Shown: piece by piece, positions 7,434 through 15,989 of the stretch
Layout of the letters: each line of letters begins with the position of its first letter
How positions within the stretch are numbered: position 1 is the stretch's first letter
Program-made: the position numbers and the translations under genes
Origin: Streptosporangiaceae bacterium
GTDB lineage: Bacteria > Actinomycetota > Actinomycetes > Streptosporangiales > Streptosporangiaceae
Length of the DNA stretch: 24,000 nt
Direction: 5' to 3'
Assembly: GCA_035517695.1 (NCBI GenBank)
Contig: DATIYI010000061.1
Location: 1-24,000, forward strand
Notes under the pieces: generated by a model
What the model was told of the DNA's origin: nothing
The model's database searches: none
What the model saw: the letters and a program-made list of their open reading frames with translations, nothing else

Positions 7434-7607
7434 GCGCCAGAACCCAGCCGCCGCAGGCGTTCTGCTTTGCGCGTAGCGGTGTTCGGAGGCAGGCTCGTGG
7501 GCACCTTGTCAGGGGTCTGGTGCAGAGAATCGGAGATCTGGGTCGGCCATGTCCGCGTGCACCGGCGCCGCGGCGGCCTGATCACGAACCAACGCGATGG
7601 AGGACAG

Positions 7608-8420
7608 ATGCCTGGCGCCCGATCGACCGTGCTGATCACCGGTGCTACCTCGGGCCTCGGCCGTTACCTCGCCGTGGACCTTTCGCGATCCGGCTGGCGC
7701 GTGCTCGTCCATGGACGCGATCCCGCGCGCGTGGCGGACCTTTCCGCCGAGCTTGGCCGTGGTACGCAGGGCTATGTCGCCGATCTGGCCTCGCTCGCAG
7801 ACGTCCGCGTGCTGGCCGACCGGGTCCGTGCCGATGTGCCACGCCTTGAGGTGCTCGTGAATAACGCGGGGATCGGTTTCGGCGCGCCGGGCGAGGGGCG
7901 AGCGGTGAGCGCGGACGGACACGAACTCAGGTTCGCGGTCAACTACCTCGCGCCGGTCCTGCTGACGAGGCTGCTGATGCCGCTGCTTGCGGCGTCCGCG
8001 CCCGCCAGGGTCGTCAACATCGGCTCGATCGGGCAGGTGGCGTTCGACCCGGACGACGCCGAGTTCACCCGCGGGTACGACGGGGTGGACGCCTACCGCA
8101 GGTCGAAGCTCGCGCTTGCCGCTTTCACCTTCGACCTGGCTGCTGAGCTTGAGCCCGCCAAGATCACGGTTACCTGCCTGCATCCGGCGACCTACATGAG
8201 TACCGGCATGGTCATCCAGGGCGGCATCGCCCCGCTCTCCACGGTCGAGCAAGGGGGTGCGGCGACAATGCGGCTGATCACCGATCCTGACATCGACGGG
8301 ATCACAGGGCAGTTCTTCGACGGCCTCAGACCGGCCCACGCCCTGCAAGAGGCCTACGACCCGCGGTTCCGCGGCAAGCTCAGGCAGGTGACCGACCGGA
8401 TGCTCGGCGCCGCCGCGTAG
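7608..8420 (+). CDS. Short-chain dehydrogenase/reductase (SDR) family oxidoreductase
   Basis: ATG 7608 follows a GGAGGA RBS. Motifs present are TGATSGLG (cofactor binding), NNAG and YRRSK (catalytic YxxxK). The upstream part of the track ORF (7272-7607) is not SDR-like. Confidence 0.9.
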   Translation: MPGARSTVLITGATSGLGRYLAVDLSRSGWRVLVHGRDPARVADLSAELGRGTQGYVADLASLADVRVLADRVRADVPRLEVLVNNAGIGFGAPGEGRAVSADGHELRFAVNYLAPVLLTRLLMPLLAASAPARVVNIGSIGQVAFDPDDAEFTRGYDGVDAYRRSKLALAAFTFDLAAELEPAKITVTCLHPATYMSTGMVIQGGIAPLSTVEQGGAATMRLITDPDIDGITGQFFDGLRPAHALQEAYDPRFRGKLRQVTDRMLGAAA

Positions 8421-8537
8421 CCGGCGCCGCCGGTGCCGCCGGTAACCGGTGCCGCCGGTAACCGGTGCCGCCGGTGCCGCCGGTAACCGGTGCCGCCGGT
8501 AACCGGTGCCGCCGGGTAGCCCGGTGCCGCCGGGTCG
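8421..8537. repeat. Composite tandem array of 9-bp (CCGGTGCCG) and 7-bp (CCGGTAA) modules; 16-bp unit and 41-bp super-unit x2
   Basis: The module order is ccggcgccg-A-B-A-B-A-A-B-A-B-A-ccgggtag-c-A-ccgggtcg, with A starting at 8430, 8446, 8462, 8471, 8487, 8503 and 8521. The array begins directly after the SDR stop (8418-8420) and lies between convergent genes. The small hairpin gggcc-agag-ggccc follows at 8541-8554. Confidence 0.9.
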
Positions 8538-8564
8538 TTAGGGCCAGAGGGCCCGGCACGGCGT

Positions 8565-9242
8565 TTACCACTTGGGCTCCCACACGGCCGTCCGCTTGAT
8601 GTCGGTATCCTCGAGCGCACGCGGCACAGGCACGTCGTAAACGGCGAGTTCGGTGAACGCGGAGCGCGGCAGGTAGCTGCGGCCGAGATCGCCCATGAGG
8701 ACCGCGGCCCCCCTCGCGCGGGCGCGGCGCAGGAACCGCAACACCCGCCCGGCAAGCACCTTCTCGTAGCAGACGTCCGCGGCGAGCACCACCTCCGCCG
8801 GGGCGCCGTCACCATCGAGAGCGTCGGGGGCTAAGGCGGTCAAGGCGACGCCGTTCGCCGCGGCGTTGAGTGTCACGGCGGCGACGGCGAACGGGTCGAT
8901 GTCGCTGGCGGTGCTTGCGGCTGCTCCAGCCAGGGCGGCGGCGATCGCGACCAGGCCGGACCCGGTGCCCACATCGATCACGCGGCGCCCCTCAACGACC
9001 TCGCGATGATCGAGCACGTAGCGCGCCAGCGCCTGCCCGCCGGCCCAGGCGAATGCCCAGAACGGCGGTGGCAGCCCGGCTCGCCCGGCCGCCCGCTCGG
9101 TCATCTCCCACAGGCCCAGCGGCTCCGCCGCGAGATGCAGCCTGATCTCGGGCACGAATCCGGTTGCCGTGGGCCGCGTGTGCGCCAGGATGAACTGTGA
9201 GATCGCCGCCGGTGTCATGGCTTGCGCTGGCGCCGCGCCCAT
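8565..9242 (-). CDS. Class I SAM-dependent methyltransferase (COG3897-like, PrmA-like fold)
   Basis: Motif I is VIDVGTGSGLVAIAAALAG, followed by ASDIDPFAV and LAADVCYE. The protein ends VWEPKW. The start is ambiguous between ATG 9242, ATG 9218 and GTG 9254. The track ORF extension to 9638 overlaps nei and is not methyltransferase-like. Confidence 0.8.
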   Translation of the reverse strand: MGAAPAQAMTPAAISQFILAHTRPTATGFVPEIRLHLAAEPLGLWEMTERAAGRAGLPPPFWAFAWAGGQALARYVLDHREVVEGRRVIDVGTGSGLVAIAAALAGAAASTASDIDPFAVAAVTLNAAANGVALTALAPDALDGDGAPAEVVLAADVCYEKVLAGRVLRFLRRARARGAAVLMGDLGRSYLPRSAFTELAVYDVPVPRALEDTDIKRTAVWEPKW

Positions 9243-9297
9243 GTCCTCGGTCACGCGCCGCGGTCCTGAAGCGGCAGCGAGGCATGATCCCGAACGG

Positions 9298-10074
9298 CTA
9301 CCGCTGGCACTTTGGACACCAGAAGGTGACACGTTCCTCGGCGGCGCCGCCCTGTGCCGCCCTTCTGAGGCGGGTACGGCAGCGGCGGCACGGCAGGCCG
9401 GCCCTGCCGTACACCCATGTTTCCTCGCCGCGCCGCGATACGCCGGTGGTGACCTGGCCGATCCGATCCTTGTTCGCGTCGAGGAGCCGCTGCGCAAGCG
9501 ACACGAGCCGGTCGAGGTCCTCGACCTTGCCGACTGGGCGCCACGGGTTGATCCCGCGCAAGAACAACACCTCGGACTTGTACTGGTTCCCGATTCCGGC
9601 CAGGTTGTGCTGGTCGAGCAGCGCCTCGCCGATCTCACGGCTCGGTATCGTGCCGAGCCTGCGCACCGCCTCGTCCGGATCCCAGTCGCCGCCGAGCAGA
9701 TCGGGTCCGAGCTGCCCGGTCACGCTCCGCTCTTGCGCCGCGGGCAGCAGTTCCACCACCCCGAGCTGGTAACCGATGGCGACCCAGGTGTCGTTGCCGA
9801 GCACCAGCCGAACCCGGTGGCTGGCCGGAACGTGCTCGGCCGCGGGCCGGATCCGCCACGAGCCGTCCATCCGCAGGTGCGTATGCACGATCAGGCCACC
9901 CTCGACCCGCATCAGCAGGTGCTTTCCGCGCGAGACGACCTGGGTCACGATGCGCCCGGTGAGGTCGGCGGTTGCGAACCTGGGGACCCGGAAGTCGCTT
10001 CGGGTAAGCACGTCGCCCGCTAGCGCGCTATGCAGGCGCCGCGCGTACCACCAGACGACATCCCCCTCCGGCAT
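9298..10074 (-). CDS. nei: Fpg/Nei family DNA glycosylase (endonuclease VIII-like)
   Basis: The N-terminal MPEG catalytic motif is present, along with the H2TH region LLDQHNLAGIGNQYKSEVLF and a C-terminal zinc finger CRRC...CPKCQ. Confidence 0.9.
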   Translation of the reverse strand: MPEGDVVWWYARRLHSALAGDVLTRSDFRVPRFATADLTGRIVTQVVSRGKHLLMRVEGGLIVHTHLRMDGSWRIRPAAEHVPASHRVRLVLGNDTWVAIGYQLGVVELLPAAQERSVTGQLGPDLLGGDWDPDEAVRRLGTIPSREIGEALLDQHNLAGIGNQYKSEVLFLRGINPWRPVGKVEDLDRLVSLAQRLLDANKDRIGQVTTGVSRRGEETWVYGRAGLPCRRCRTRLRRAAQGGAAEERVTFWCPKCQR

Positions 10075-10196
10075 CTCCCCAGCATGGCACCCTCGGCCAG
10101 TCGCTGCTGTACCGCCGCCCGTGGCCGCGTTGTCTCCCCCGTGGCTGCCGCGGGGTCGCGCCGGAGACCAACCGTCAAACCGTCAAGCCAAAGGGC

Positions 10197-10826
10197 CTAT
10201 GTGCCTTGGCCGCCAAGTCCCACGCGCATCGCGGTCACCGTGAGCACCGTCACATGCGCCGAACACGCAGGAAAGCTCTGCTTGACGTACACGGCGGCGG
10301 TCTGGCCGGGCGGGAAGACCCGCAGCGCGTGCGCCGCGGCGGGATGGCAGCGGGAGGCCGGATAGTTGGCGGCCGCGGCGACGCCGAGCGTTGCGTGCGC
10401 TGTAGCGTTCGCGGCCACCGTCACCTCGGCCACCGGGTACAGCGGATTGCGGGTCGCGGCGCTGCCAATCTGCTGTCCTCCTACGCCGCTGACGAATGAC
10501 ACCCCTGGATAGCCGTACAATGTACATGTGCCCCCGGACGTGTTGGTCAGCCTGAGGGCGTAGTAGGCGGTTCCTGCCGCCGCCCCCGTCGGCGTGAGGC
10601 TCGGCCGGAGCGCGCCGCTCACACATGCCGTCGTGGTCGGCCTGGTTTGCGCGGGCGCGGGGGTGGAAGGCGCGGAGGTGCCGGGCGCGCTGCTGTTTGC
10701 CGACTCGTAAGGGCTCGCCGCAGAGGCCGGGCCGTGAGTAGAACCACAGGCCGCTGCCTGCGCCACCGCAAGGATCATGACGCCGGCCGCGATCACGCGT
10801 CCGGTACCGGGCACGGACACTGTCAT
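10197..10826 (-). CDS. DUF4232 domain-containing lipoprotein
   Basis: From ATG 10826 the product starts MTVSVPGTGRVIAAGVMILAVAQAAACGS (signal peptide with a lipobox-like AAAC). The DUF4232-type core is CVSGALRPSL...GAAAGTAYYALRLTNTSGGTCTLYGYPGVSF. The alternative GTG start at 10862 is less likely. Confidence 0.75.
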   Translation of the reverse strand: MTVSVPGTGRVIAAGVMILAVAQAAACGSTHGPASAASPYESANSSAPGTSAPSTPAPAQTRPTTTACVSGALRPSLTPTGAAAGTAYYALRLTNTSGGTCTLYGYPGVSFVSGVGGQQIGSAATRNPLYPVAEVTVAANATAHATLGVAAAANYPASRCHPAAAHALRVFPPGQTAAVYVKQSFPACSAHVTVLTVTAMRVGLGGQGT

Positions 10827-10864
10827 CGAGTCATTCCCGTCAACCTGAACCTCACCTGTCACCT

Positions 10865-10920
10865 CTGGGACGTCGTCCCTGGGACGTCGTCCCTGGGACG
10901 TCGCGTCTGGGACGCAGACC
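10865..10920. repeat. 4 x 14-bp tandem repeat (CTGGGACGTCGTCC) just upstream of the DUF4232 lipoprotein gene
   Basis: The units are at 10865-10878 and 10879-10892 (identical), 10893-10906 and 10907-10920 (degenerate). Each perfect unit contains the 13-bp dyad GGGAC-GTC-GTCCC with a central GACGTC. Confidence 0.9.
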
Positions 10921-11187
10921 GGGTTCGTGAATGAGCCCCCTGCTCAGTTCCTCGGAGCAAGGACCAGCCTGCATGCTGATCCTTGAGCCACCCCGCGCGC
11001 CAGCGCCGGTACGCGGGCGCCGTCCCAGCAGCCCATGTTAGGGGAGCCCGGCTCGTCCGCCGAGGACAAACACGTGATCACGGCGACCTGCCGCCTACTG
11101 ATCATTTGGTGACTCCCCGTACAACTGCGGGGGCGCCACCGCCTTCATGGGACTGAACCGCCGCCATCGGACTGAGGGACCCCCAGG

Positions 11188-11532
11188 TCACAGGACGCCG
11201 CGGAGCCGGAGCAGATCGAACACGCTCGCCTGGACCTTGAGTCGCCCGGTAGCCCAAGCGCGGGCGAGATGCAGTTGCTCGTCGGCGAGCGCGACAAGAT
11301 CGTCGCTTCTCGCGCTGAAGGTCACCTGAGCCGGCCCGTCCTGTGGTGCCGCCTCGCTAATCGGGTCGGTGCCATGCGGGCCGAGCCGGGTACGGAACTC
11401 CACTCCCAGGTCAGTCACACGGAAACCTATCGTGCGATCGACAAGATGCCGCTCGCGGTCCTGTGGGCTCATCCCGCTGATGCGGGACGCCACCTTTTCC
11501 AGTGCCTCGCGACATTGGTCAACGGTCGCCAT
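11188..11532 (-). CDS. SCP2 sterol-binding domain-containing protein
   Basis: The 114-aa ORF ends in the typical SCP2 C-terminus LARAWATGRLKVQASVFDLLRLRGVL. It lies divergent from the tlyA operon. Confidence 0.75.
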   Translation of the reverse strand: MATVDQCREALEKVASRISGMSPQDRERHLVDRTIGFRVTDLGVEFRTRLGPHGTDPISEAAPQDGPAQVTFSARSDDLVALADEQLHLARAWATGRLKVQASVFDLLRLRGVL

Positions 11533-11647
11533 CGACGTTGCGCTCCTGCTCGGTCCCCACCGAAGTGTCGTGTCCGGACGGTAACGTTCTGATGGGCCCG
11601 GTGCACGCTCCTTAACCGCCCGCCCGACTCGAAGGAGTCTGAAACTG

Positions 11648-11896
11648 ATGATGAACGAGGTTACCCGAACGGCCGCCGCTGGCGGTGCGTCAGCGACGGC
11701 GGCGGCAACGGGGGATCCACGCGTGGATGAGGCGCTGGCCAGGCTGGCTAACCTCGACGGGCTGCCCGATTCCGGGCATGTCGAGGCGTTCGAGCAGGCC
11801 TACGTGCGCCTGCGTGGCCTGCTCGACGAGCTTGCCACCGCCGCGCCCCGAGGTGCGTCTGGTGACGCGTCAGATGGCCAGGCGCAGCAGGCTTGA
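11648..11896 (+). CDS. Small acidic hypothetical protein upstream of tlyA (position equivalent to Rv1693 in M. tuberculosis)
   Basis: A GAAGGAG RBS sits 11 nt upstream of ATG 11648. The core is DPRVDEALARLANLDGLPDSGHVEAFEQAYVRLRGLLDEL. It overlaps the tlyA start by 23 nt in another frame. Confidence 0.5.
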   Translation: MMNEVTRTAAAGGASATAAATGDPRVDEALARLANLDGLPDSGHVEAFEQAYVRLRGLLDELATAAPRGASGDASDGQAQQA

Positions 11897-12683
11897 CGCC
11901 GAACTGGTCCGCCGCGGGCTTGCCCGCTCGCGTGAGCACGCCACCGGGCTGATATCGCAGGGGCGGGTCCGGGTCGGCGGCGCAGGTCCTGGTGCGGTCA
12001 AACCGGCCAGCCAGGTGGACACGTCGGCGTCGATCACGGTGGAGGAGCCGGCCGACGGCGCCGACGACTACGTTTCCCGTGGCGGCAACAAACTGGCCGG
12101 TGCCCTGGCCGCGTTGCCCGGTGTCGCCGTCGCCGGTCGTCGGTGCCTGGACGCCGGGGCTTCCACGGGCGGGTTCACCGACGTGCTGCTGCGAGCGGGC
12201 GCCGCGCACGTGACCGCGGTCGACGTCGGCTACGGCCAGCTTGCGTGGTCGCTGCGGACCGACCCCGCAGTGACGGTCATGGACCGGGTGAACGTGCGCG
12301 GCCTGCGGCCCGGACAACTGGAGTACGCACCGGACCTGGTGACGGCAGACTTGTCCTTCATCTCGCTTACGCTGGTGCTGCCCGCGCTCGCGGCCTGTGC
12401 GGCGCCGGACGCCGATTTCCTGCTCCTGGTCAAACCGCAGTTCGAGGCTGGCAAGGGGAAGGTTGGTACGGGCGGCGTGGTCCGCGACCCGGCGACCAGG
12501 CAGGAGGCGGTGACGAGGGTGGCGCGCTGTGCCGGCGAACACGACCTGGGCGTCATGGGGGTCACCGCGAGCGCGCTCCCAGGCCCGTCAGGAAACGTCG
12601 AGTACTTCCTCTGGCTGCGGCGGGGCGCGCCGCCACTTGACGAGGCAGCCGCAGCGCGGGCGATCGAGGAGGGACCCAGCTAG
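11874..12683 (+). CDS. tlyA: TlyA family rRNA (cytidine-2'-O)-methyltransferase
   Basis: MARRSRLDAELVRRGLARSREHATGLISQGRVRVGG is the S4 domain. It is followed by an FtsJ-type methyltransferase with CLDAGASTGGFTDVLLRAGAAHVTAVDVGYGQL. The 269-aa length is typical. Confidence 0.9.
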   Translation: MARRSRLDAELVRRGLARSREHATGLISQGRVRVGGAGPGAVKPASQVDTSASITVEEPADGADDYVSRGGNKLAGALAALPGVAVAGRRCLDAGASTGGFTDVLLRAGAAHVTAVDVGYGQLAWSLRTDPAVTVMDRVNVRGLRPGQLEYAPDLVTADLSFISLTLVLPALAACAAPDADFLLLVKPQFEAGKGKVGTGGVVRDPATRQEAVTRVARCAGEHDLGVMGVTASALPGPSGNVEYFLWLRRGAPPLDEAAAARAIEEGPS

Positions 12684-13669
12684 TGTCGGGCCCGATGAAC
12701 GCCAACCGTACGGTCCTGGTGGTCGCCCACACCGGCCGCAAGGAGGCGCTGCGCAGCGCACGGCAGGTGGTGGAGATGCTCACCCGCGCGGGCGTGATGG
12801 TGCGGGTCCTCGCCTCGGAATCCGATGATCTGTCCTGCGTCGGTGTCGATGTGGTCGCGGCCACCGCGGAAGCGGCGCAGGACGCGGAGGTGGTGATCGT
12901 CGTAGGCGGTGACGGCACCCTGCTGCGGGCGGCCGAGCTTGCGCGGCCCGCTGCTGCGCCGCTGCTCGGGGTGAACCTGGGCCACGTCGGCTTCCTCGCC
13001 GAGGCTGATCCCGAGCACCTGGCCGCGACCGTGGACCGGGTGGTACAGCGGCACTATGTCGTCGAGGAACGGATGACGGTTGACATCCTGGTCCGCGAGG
13101 ACGGCACGGTGACGGCCTCCGCCTGGGCGCTGAACGAGGCCACGGTCGAGAAGGCTGCCCGCGAACGGATGCTCGAAGTGGTCACCGAGATCGATGGCAC
13201 ACCGTTGTCGCGATGGAGCTGCGACGGGGTCGTCTGCGCGACTCCGACGGGATCCACTGCGTACGCATTCTCCGCGGGCGGGCCCGTGGTCTGGCCCGAG
13301 GTGGAGGCGCTGCTTCTCGTGCCGATTTCGGCGCACGCCCTGTTCGCAAGGCCGCTGGTGATCTCGCCACGCTCGGTGGTCGCCGTCGAGGTGATGGGGG
13401 GATCAAGCCGTGGCGCCGCACCGGCGTCGAGCAACCCGCCTGGCCATACCCGCGAGCTATCGGAGACGTCGGGCGCGGTTATGTGGTGCGATGGGCGGCG
13501 AAGGGTCGATCTGGCCGCCGGAGCCAGGGTGGAGGTGCGTCGCGGTGTGCTGCCCGTGGGCCTCGTGCGGCTATCGGGCAAGCCAGGCAGCACGGCGTTC
13601 ACCGACAGGCTCGTGGTGAAATTCGGCCTGCCGGTGACCGGCTGGCGCGGTCGCAGGGAGGGTCGGTGA
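12683..13669 (+). CDS. nadK: NAD kinase
   Basis: Motifs present are GGDGTLLRAAE and NLGHVGFLAE, plus the C-terminal CDGVVCATPTGSTAYAFSAGGPVV. GTG 12683 overlaps the tlyA stop by 1 nt. There is an extra ~25-aa Ser/Gly/Pro-rich insertion (GGSSRGAAPASSNPPGHTRELSETSG). Confidence 0.9.
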   Translation: MSGPMNANRTVLVVAHTGRKEALRSARQVVEMLTRAGVMVRVLASESDDLSCVGVDVVAATAEAAQDAEVVIVVGGDGTLLRAAELARPAAAPLLGVNLGHVGFLAEADPEHLAATVDRVVQRHYVVEERMTVDILVREDGTVTASAWALNEATVEKAARERMLEVVTEIDGTPLSRWSCDGVVCATPTGSTAYAFSAGGPVVWPEVEALLLVPISAHALFARPLVISPRSVVAVEVMGGSSRGAAPASSNPPGHTRELSETSGAVMWCDGRRRVDLAAGARVEVRRGVLPVGLVRLSGKPGSTAFTDRLVVKFGLPVTGWRGRREGR

Positions 13670-13677
13670 GCCGCGCG

Positions 13678-15501
13678 ATGCTCGAGGAAGTCCGCATCAC
13701 CGGGCTTGGGGTCATCGACGACGCCATCCTCGAGCTTTCCGCCGGATTCACCGTGGTCACCGGCGAGACTGGCGCTGGAAAGACAATGGTCGTGACCGGG
13801 CTCGGGCTCTTGTTCGGCGGCCGTGGCGACCCGGCACGGGTCCGGCCGGGCGCCGACCGGGCGATGGTCGAAGGCAGGCTGCGCACGGATCCGGAAGGTC
13901 ACGTCGCCCGCCAGGTCGAGGAGGCGGGCGGTGAACTCGATCAGGACGGCACGCTGATCGTCAGCCGTTCGGTATCTGCCGAGGGGCGCTCGCGTGCGTT
14001 CGCCGGGGGCCGGTCGGTGCCCGTGAGCCTGCTCTCCCACCTCGCCGATGATCTGGTGGCCGTGCATGGCCAGGCCGACCAGCAGCAGTTGCTCAAACCT
14101 GGCCGCGGGCGGGAAGCGCTTGACCGTTACGCCGGCGCGGAACTCGCTGTCGCGCTCGGCGAATATCAGCGCGCCTATCAGCGCCACCGCGAGGTCCGGC
14201 GTCAGCTCGACGAGATCGTCACAAAAGCCAGGGAGCGCGCGATGGAGGCCGACGCGCTAAGGTTCGGGCTGGGTGAGATCGAACGGTTCGGGCCGGCTGA
14301 CGGCGAGGACCATGAACTGCTCACGGAGGAAGAGCGGCTCGCGCACGCGGACGCACTTCGTGCGGCGGCGACAACCGCGCACGAGGCACTGCTCGCGGAT
14401 CCGTCAACCGGCGAGAACGCGGCGGACGCGGTGACGCTGCTCGGCGCGGCCCGGCACGCACTTGACTCGGTCAGCCAGCACGATCCGGCGCTCGGTGAGC
14501 TCGGCGGCCAGCTGTCCGAAGCGTCCTACCTGATCTCGGACGTGGCGGCAGAGCTTGCCTCCTATGCGCAGTCGGTGGAAGCCGATCCCGCCCGCCTCGC
14601 GGCGGTACAGGAACGCAGGGCCGAGCTCACCCGGCTGGTGCGAAAGTACGGGGCTGGCACCGCCCCGGGGTCGCCCCCGCGCGATGACACCGCGGACGTG
14701 ACGGCCTCGCCGGGCACGGTTGCGGCCGTGCTGGGCTGGGCCAAACGCGCCGCGACCAGGCTCACAGAACTCGACTCAGACGACGAGCGCATCGAGGCAC
14801 TCACCGCGGAAGAGGCCGACCTCGCGGGCAGGCTTACCGGTCTAGCCGACGGTCTCAGCGGGCTAAGGGCCCAGGCCGCGGAGAAGTTCGCCGCCGACGT
14901 CACGGCCGAGCTCACCGCGCTCGCCATGCCGCGTGCCCGGCTCAAGGTGGTGGTGACGCCGCTGGACGAGCTGGGACCTTACGGGGCCGACGAGGCGGAG
15001 ATCAGGCTCGCTGCGCACCCAGGCGCGCCGGCGCTGGCGCTGCACAAGGGCGCCTCTGGCGGGGAGCTTTCTCGTGTCATGCTCGCGATCGAGGTAGTGT
15101 TCGCGGGCGCGGACCCGCTGCCGACCTTTGTGTTCGACGAAGTGGATGCGGGCGTGGGCGGCAAGGCGGCGGTGGAAGTGGGCCGCAGGCTTGCCAGGCT
15201 CGCGAGGCTTGCCCAGGTCATCGTGGTCACCCACCTGCCGCAAGTGTCTGCGTTCGCCGACAATCACCTGCTCGTCGAGAAGTCCGGTGACGGCCTCGTC
15301 ACCAGCAGCGGCGTGACCCGGCTGGACCAGCAGGGCCGGATCAGGGAGTTGTCCCGGATGCTGGCCGGCCTTGAGGATTCCGAACTCGGCCGCGCCCACG
15401 CGGAGGAACTCCTTTCCCTCGCCGCGGAAGAACGGGCATCGCTGGCCGGCGGCCCAGCCGCGGGCCGCTCGGCCGCGGGCCGCTCGTCCGCTGGCCGCTG
15501 A
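13678..15501 (+). CDS. recN: DNA repair protein RecN
   Basis: MLEEVRITGLGVIDDAILELSAGFTVVTGETGAGKTMVV carries the Walker A motif. Long coiled-coil region, then the signature GASGGELSRVMLAIEVV and Walker B TFVFDEVDAGVGG. The alternative GTG start at 13666 overlaps the nadK stop (GTGA). Confidence 0.92.
   Translation: MLEEVRITGLGVIDDAILELSAGFTVVTGETGAGKTMVVTGLGLLFGGRGDPARVRPGADRAMVEGRLRTDPEGHVARQVEEAGGELDQDGTLIVSRSVSAEGRSRAFAGGRSVPVSLLSHLADDLVAVHGQADQQQLLKPGRGREALDRYAGAELAVALGEYQRAYQRHREVRRQLDEIVTKARERAMEADALRFGLGEIERFGPADGEDHELLTEEERLAHADALRAAATTAHEALLADPSTGENAADAVTLLGAARHALDSVSQHDPALGELGGQLSEASYLISDVAAELASYAQSVEADPARLAAVQERRAELTRLVRKYGAGTAPGSPPRDDTADVTASPGTVAAVLGWAKRAATRLTELDSDDERIEALTAEEADLAGRLTGLADGLSGLRAQAAEKFAADVTAELTALAMPRARLKVVVTPLDELGPYGADEAEIRLAAHPGAPALALHKGASGGELSRVMLAIEVVFAGADPLPTFVFDEVDAGVGGKAAVEVGRRLARLARLAQVIVVTHLPQVSAFADNHLLVEKSGDGLVTSSGVTRLDQQGRIRELSRMLAGLEDSELGRAHAEELLSLAAEERASLAGGPAAGRSAAGRSSAGR
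15457..15501 (+). repeat. 3 x 15-bp in-frame tandem repeat forming the RecN C-terminal tail (AAGRS AAGRS SAGR)
   Basis: gccgcgggccgctcg occurs at 15457-15471 and 15472-15486. The degenerate third unit tccgctggccgctga (15487-15501) includes the stop codon. Confidence 0.85.
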
Positions 15502-15539
15502 TACGCCTCAGCTCTCCCCAAGGCGCCAAAATATACCAG

Positions 15540-15571
15540 TTGACACTTGTACAATACGCTCCTTGTATATT
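15540..15571 (+). promoter_or_regulatory. AT-rich candidate promoter/operator upstream of the NTF2-like gene
   Basis: TTGACA is at 15540-15545. Two 10-bp direct repeats, CTTGTACAAT (15546-15555) and CTTGTATATT (15562-15571), each contain a TAnnnT -10-like hexamer. TTGTACAA is itself a palindrome. The spacing to TTGACA is not canonical for either hexamer. Confidence 0.3.
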
Positions 15572-15609
15572 GGCCTATCGAGACTTTCAGGCAGATGGGA
15601 GACTGCGGC

Positions 15610-15984
15610 ATGGGTAACAGCTCTAAGGTGGTCAACGAGTACCTGACAGCGTTCACGGCGTGGGACGTCGATGGGTTGCGGACGCACCTGGCCGACGAGT
15701 TCTCCTTCGAGGGCCCATCCGGCCGGGTTGACGGCAGGGAGACGTTCTTGGCCGGGGCCGGCAGGCTTGCGCCCATCATGCGGGGTTACCGCATCTTGCG
15801 CCAGTGGGAGGACGGCGGCGACGTGTGCTCGGTGTACGAGTTCGACCTTCAAACGCCGGCCGGCGCAGAATCGGTCCTCATGAGCGAATGGAATACCGTG
15901 CGCGACGGCCGGGTCACCGGGTCTCGCCTGCTGTACGACACCGCCGCGTGGAACGCGCTCGTGCCGGTCCCCCCGCAGCAATAG
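15610..15984 (+). CDS. NTF2 / SnoaL-like family protein
   Basis: MGNSSKVVNEYLTAFTAWDVDGLRTHLADEFSFEGPSGRVDGRETFLAG...VRDGRVTGSRLLYDTAAW shows the typical SnoaL_2/NTF2 pattern. A GGGAGA RBS precedes ATG 15610. Confidence 0.7.
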   Translation: MGNSSKVVNEYLTAFTAWDVDGLRTHLADEFSFEGPSGRVDGRETFLAGAGRLAPIMRGYRILRQWEDGGDVCSVYEFDLQTPAGAESVLMSEWNTVRDGRVTGSRLLYDTAAWNALVPVPPQQ

Positions 15985-15989
15985 GGCAG

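Noticed and set aside
7272-7607. Upstream extension of the SDR ORF
   Set aside because: It has no SDR similarity and overlaps the divergent hypothetical gene. ATG 7608 has a GGAGGA RBS and places the TGATSGLG motif at the normal distance.
8421-8537. Could the tandem array be a CRISPR array?
   Set aside because: The units are 7-16 bp, contiguous and without unique spacers. There are no cas genes and no leader. It is a minisatellite.
9243-9638. Upstream extension of the methyltransferase ORF (track start 9638)
   Set aside because: It overlaps the 3' part of nei in another frame and is Arg/Ala/Ser-rich. Methyltransferase similarity begins near MTPAAISQFIL.
11533-13680. LexA SOS box (TCGAAC-N4-GTTCGA) upstream of recN or of the tlyA operon
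   Set aside because: No match to the actinobacterial consensus was found by eye. recN appears co-transcribed with tlyA-nadK through overlapping codons.
13054-14187. 377-aa minus-strand ORF antisense to nadK/recN
   Set aside because: It is a typical high-GC shadow ORF. It lies opposite two genes with unambiguous motifs, and its product is low-complexity Arg/Pro/Ser/Thr.
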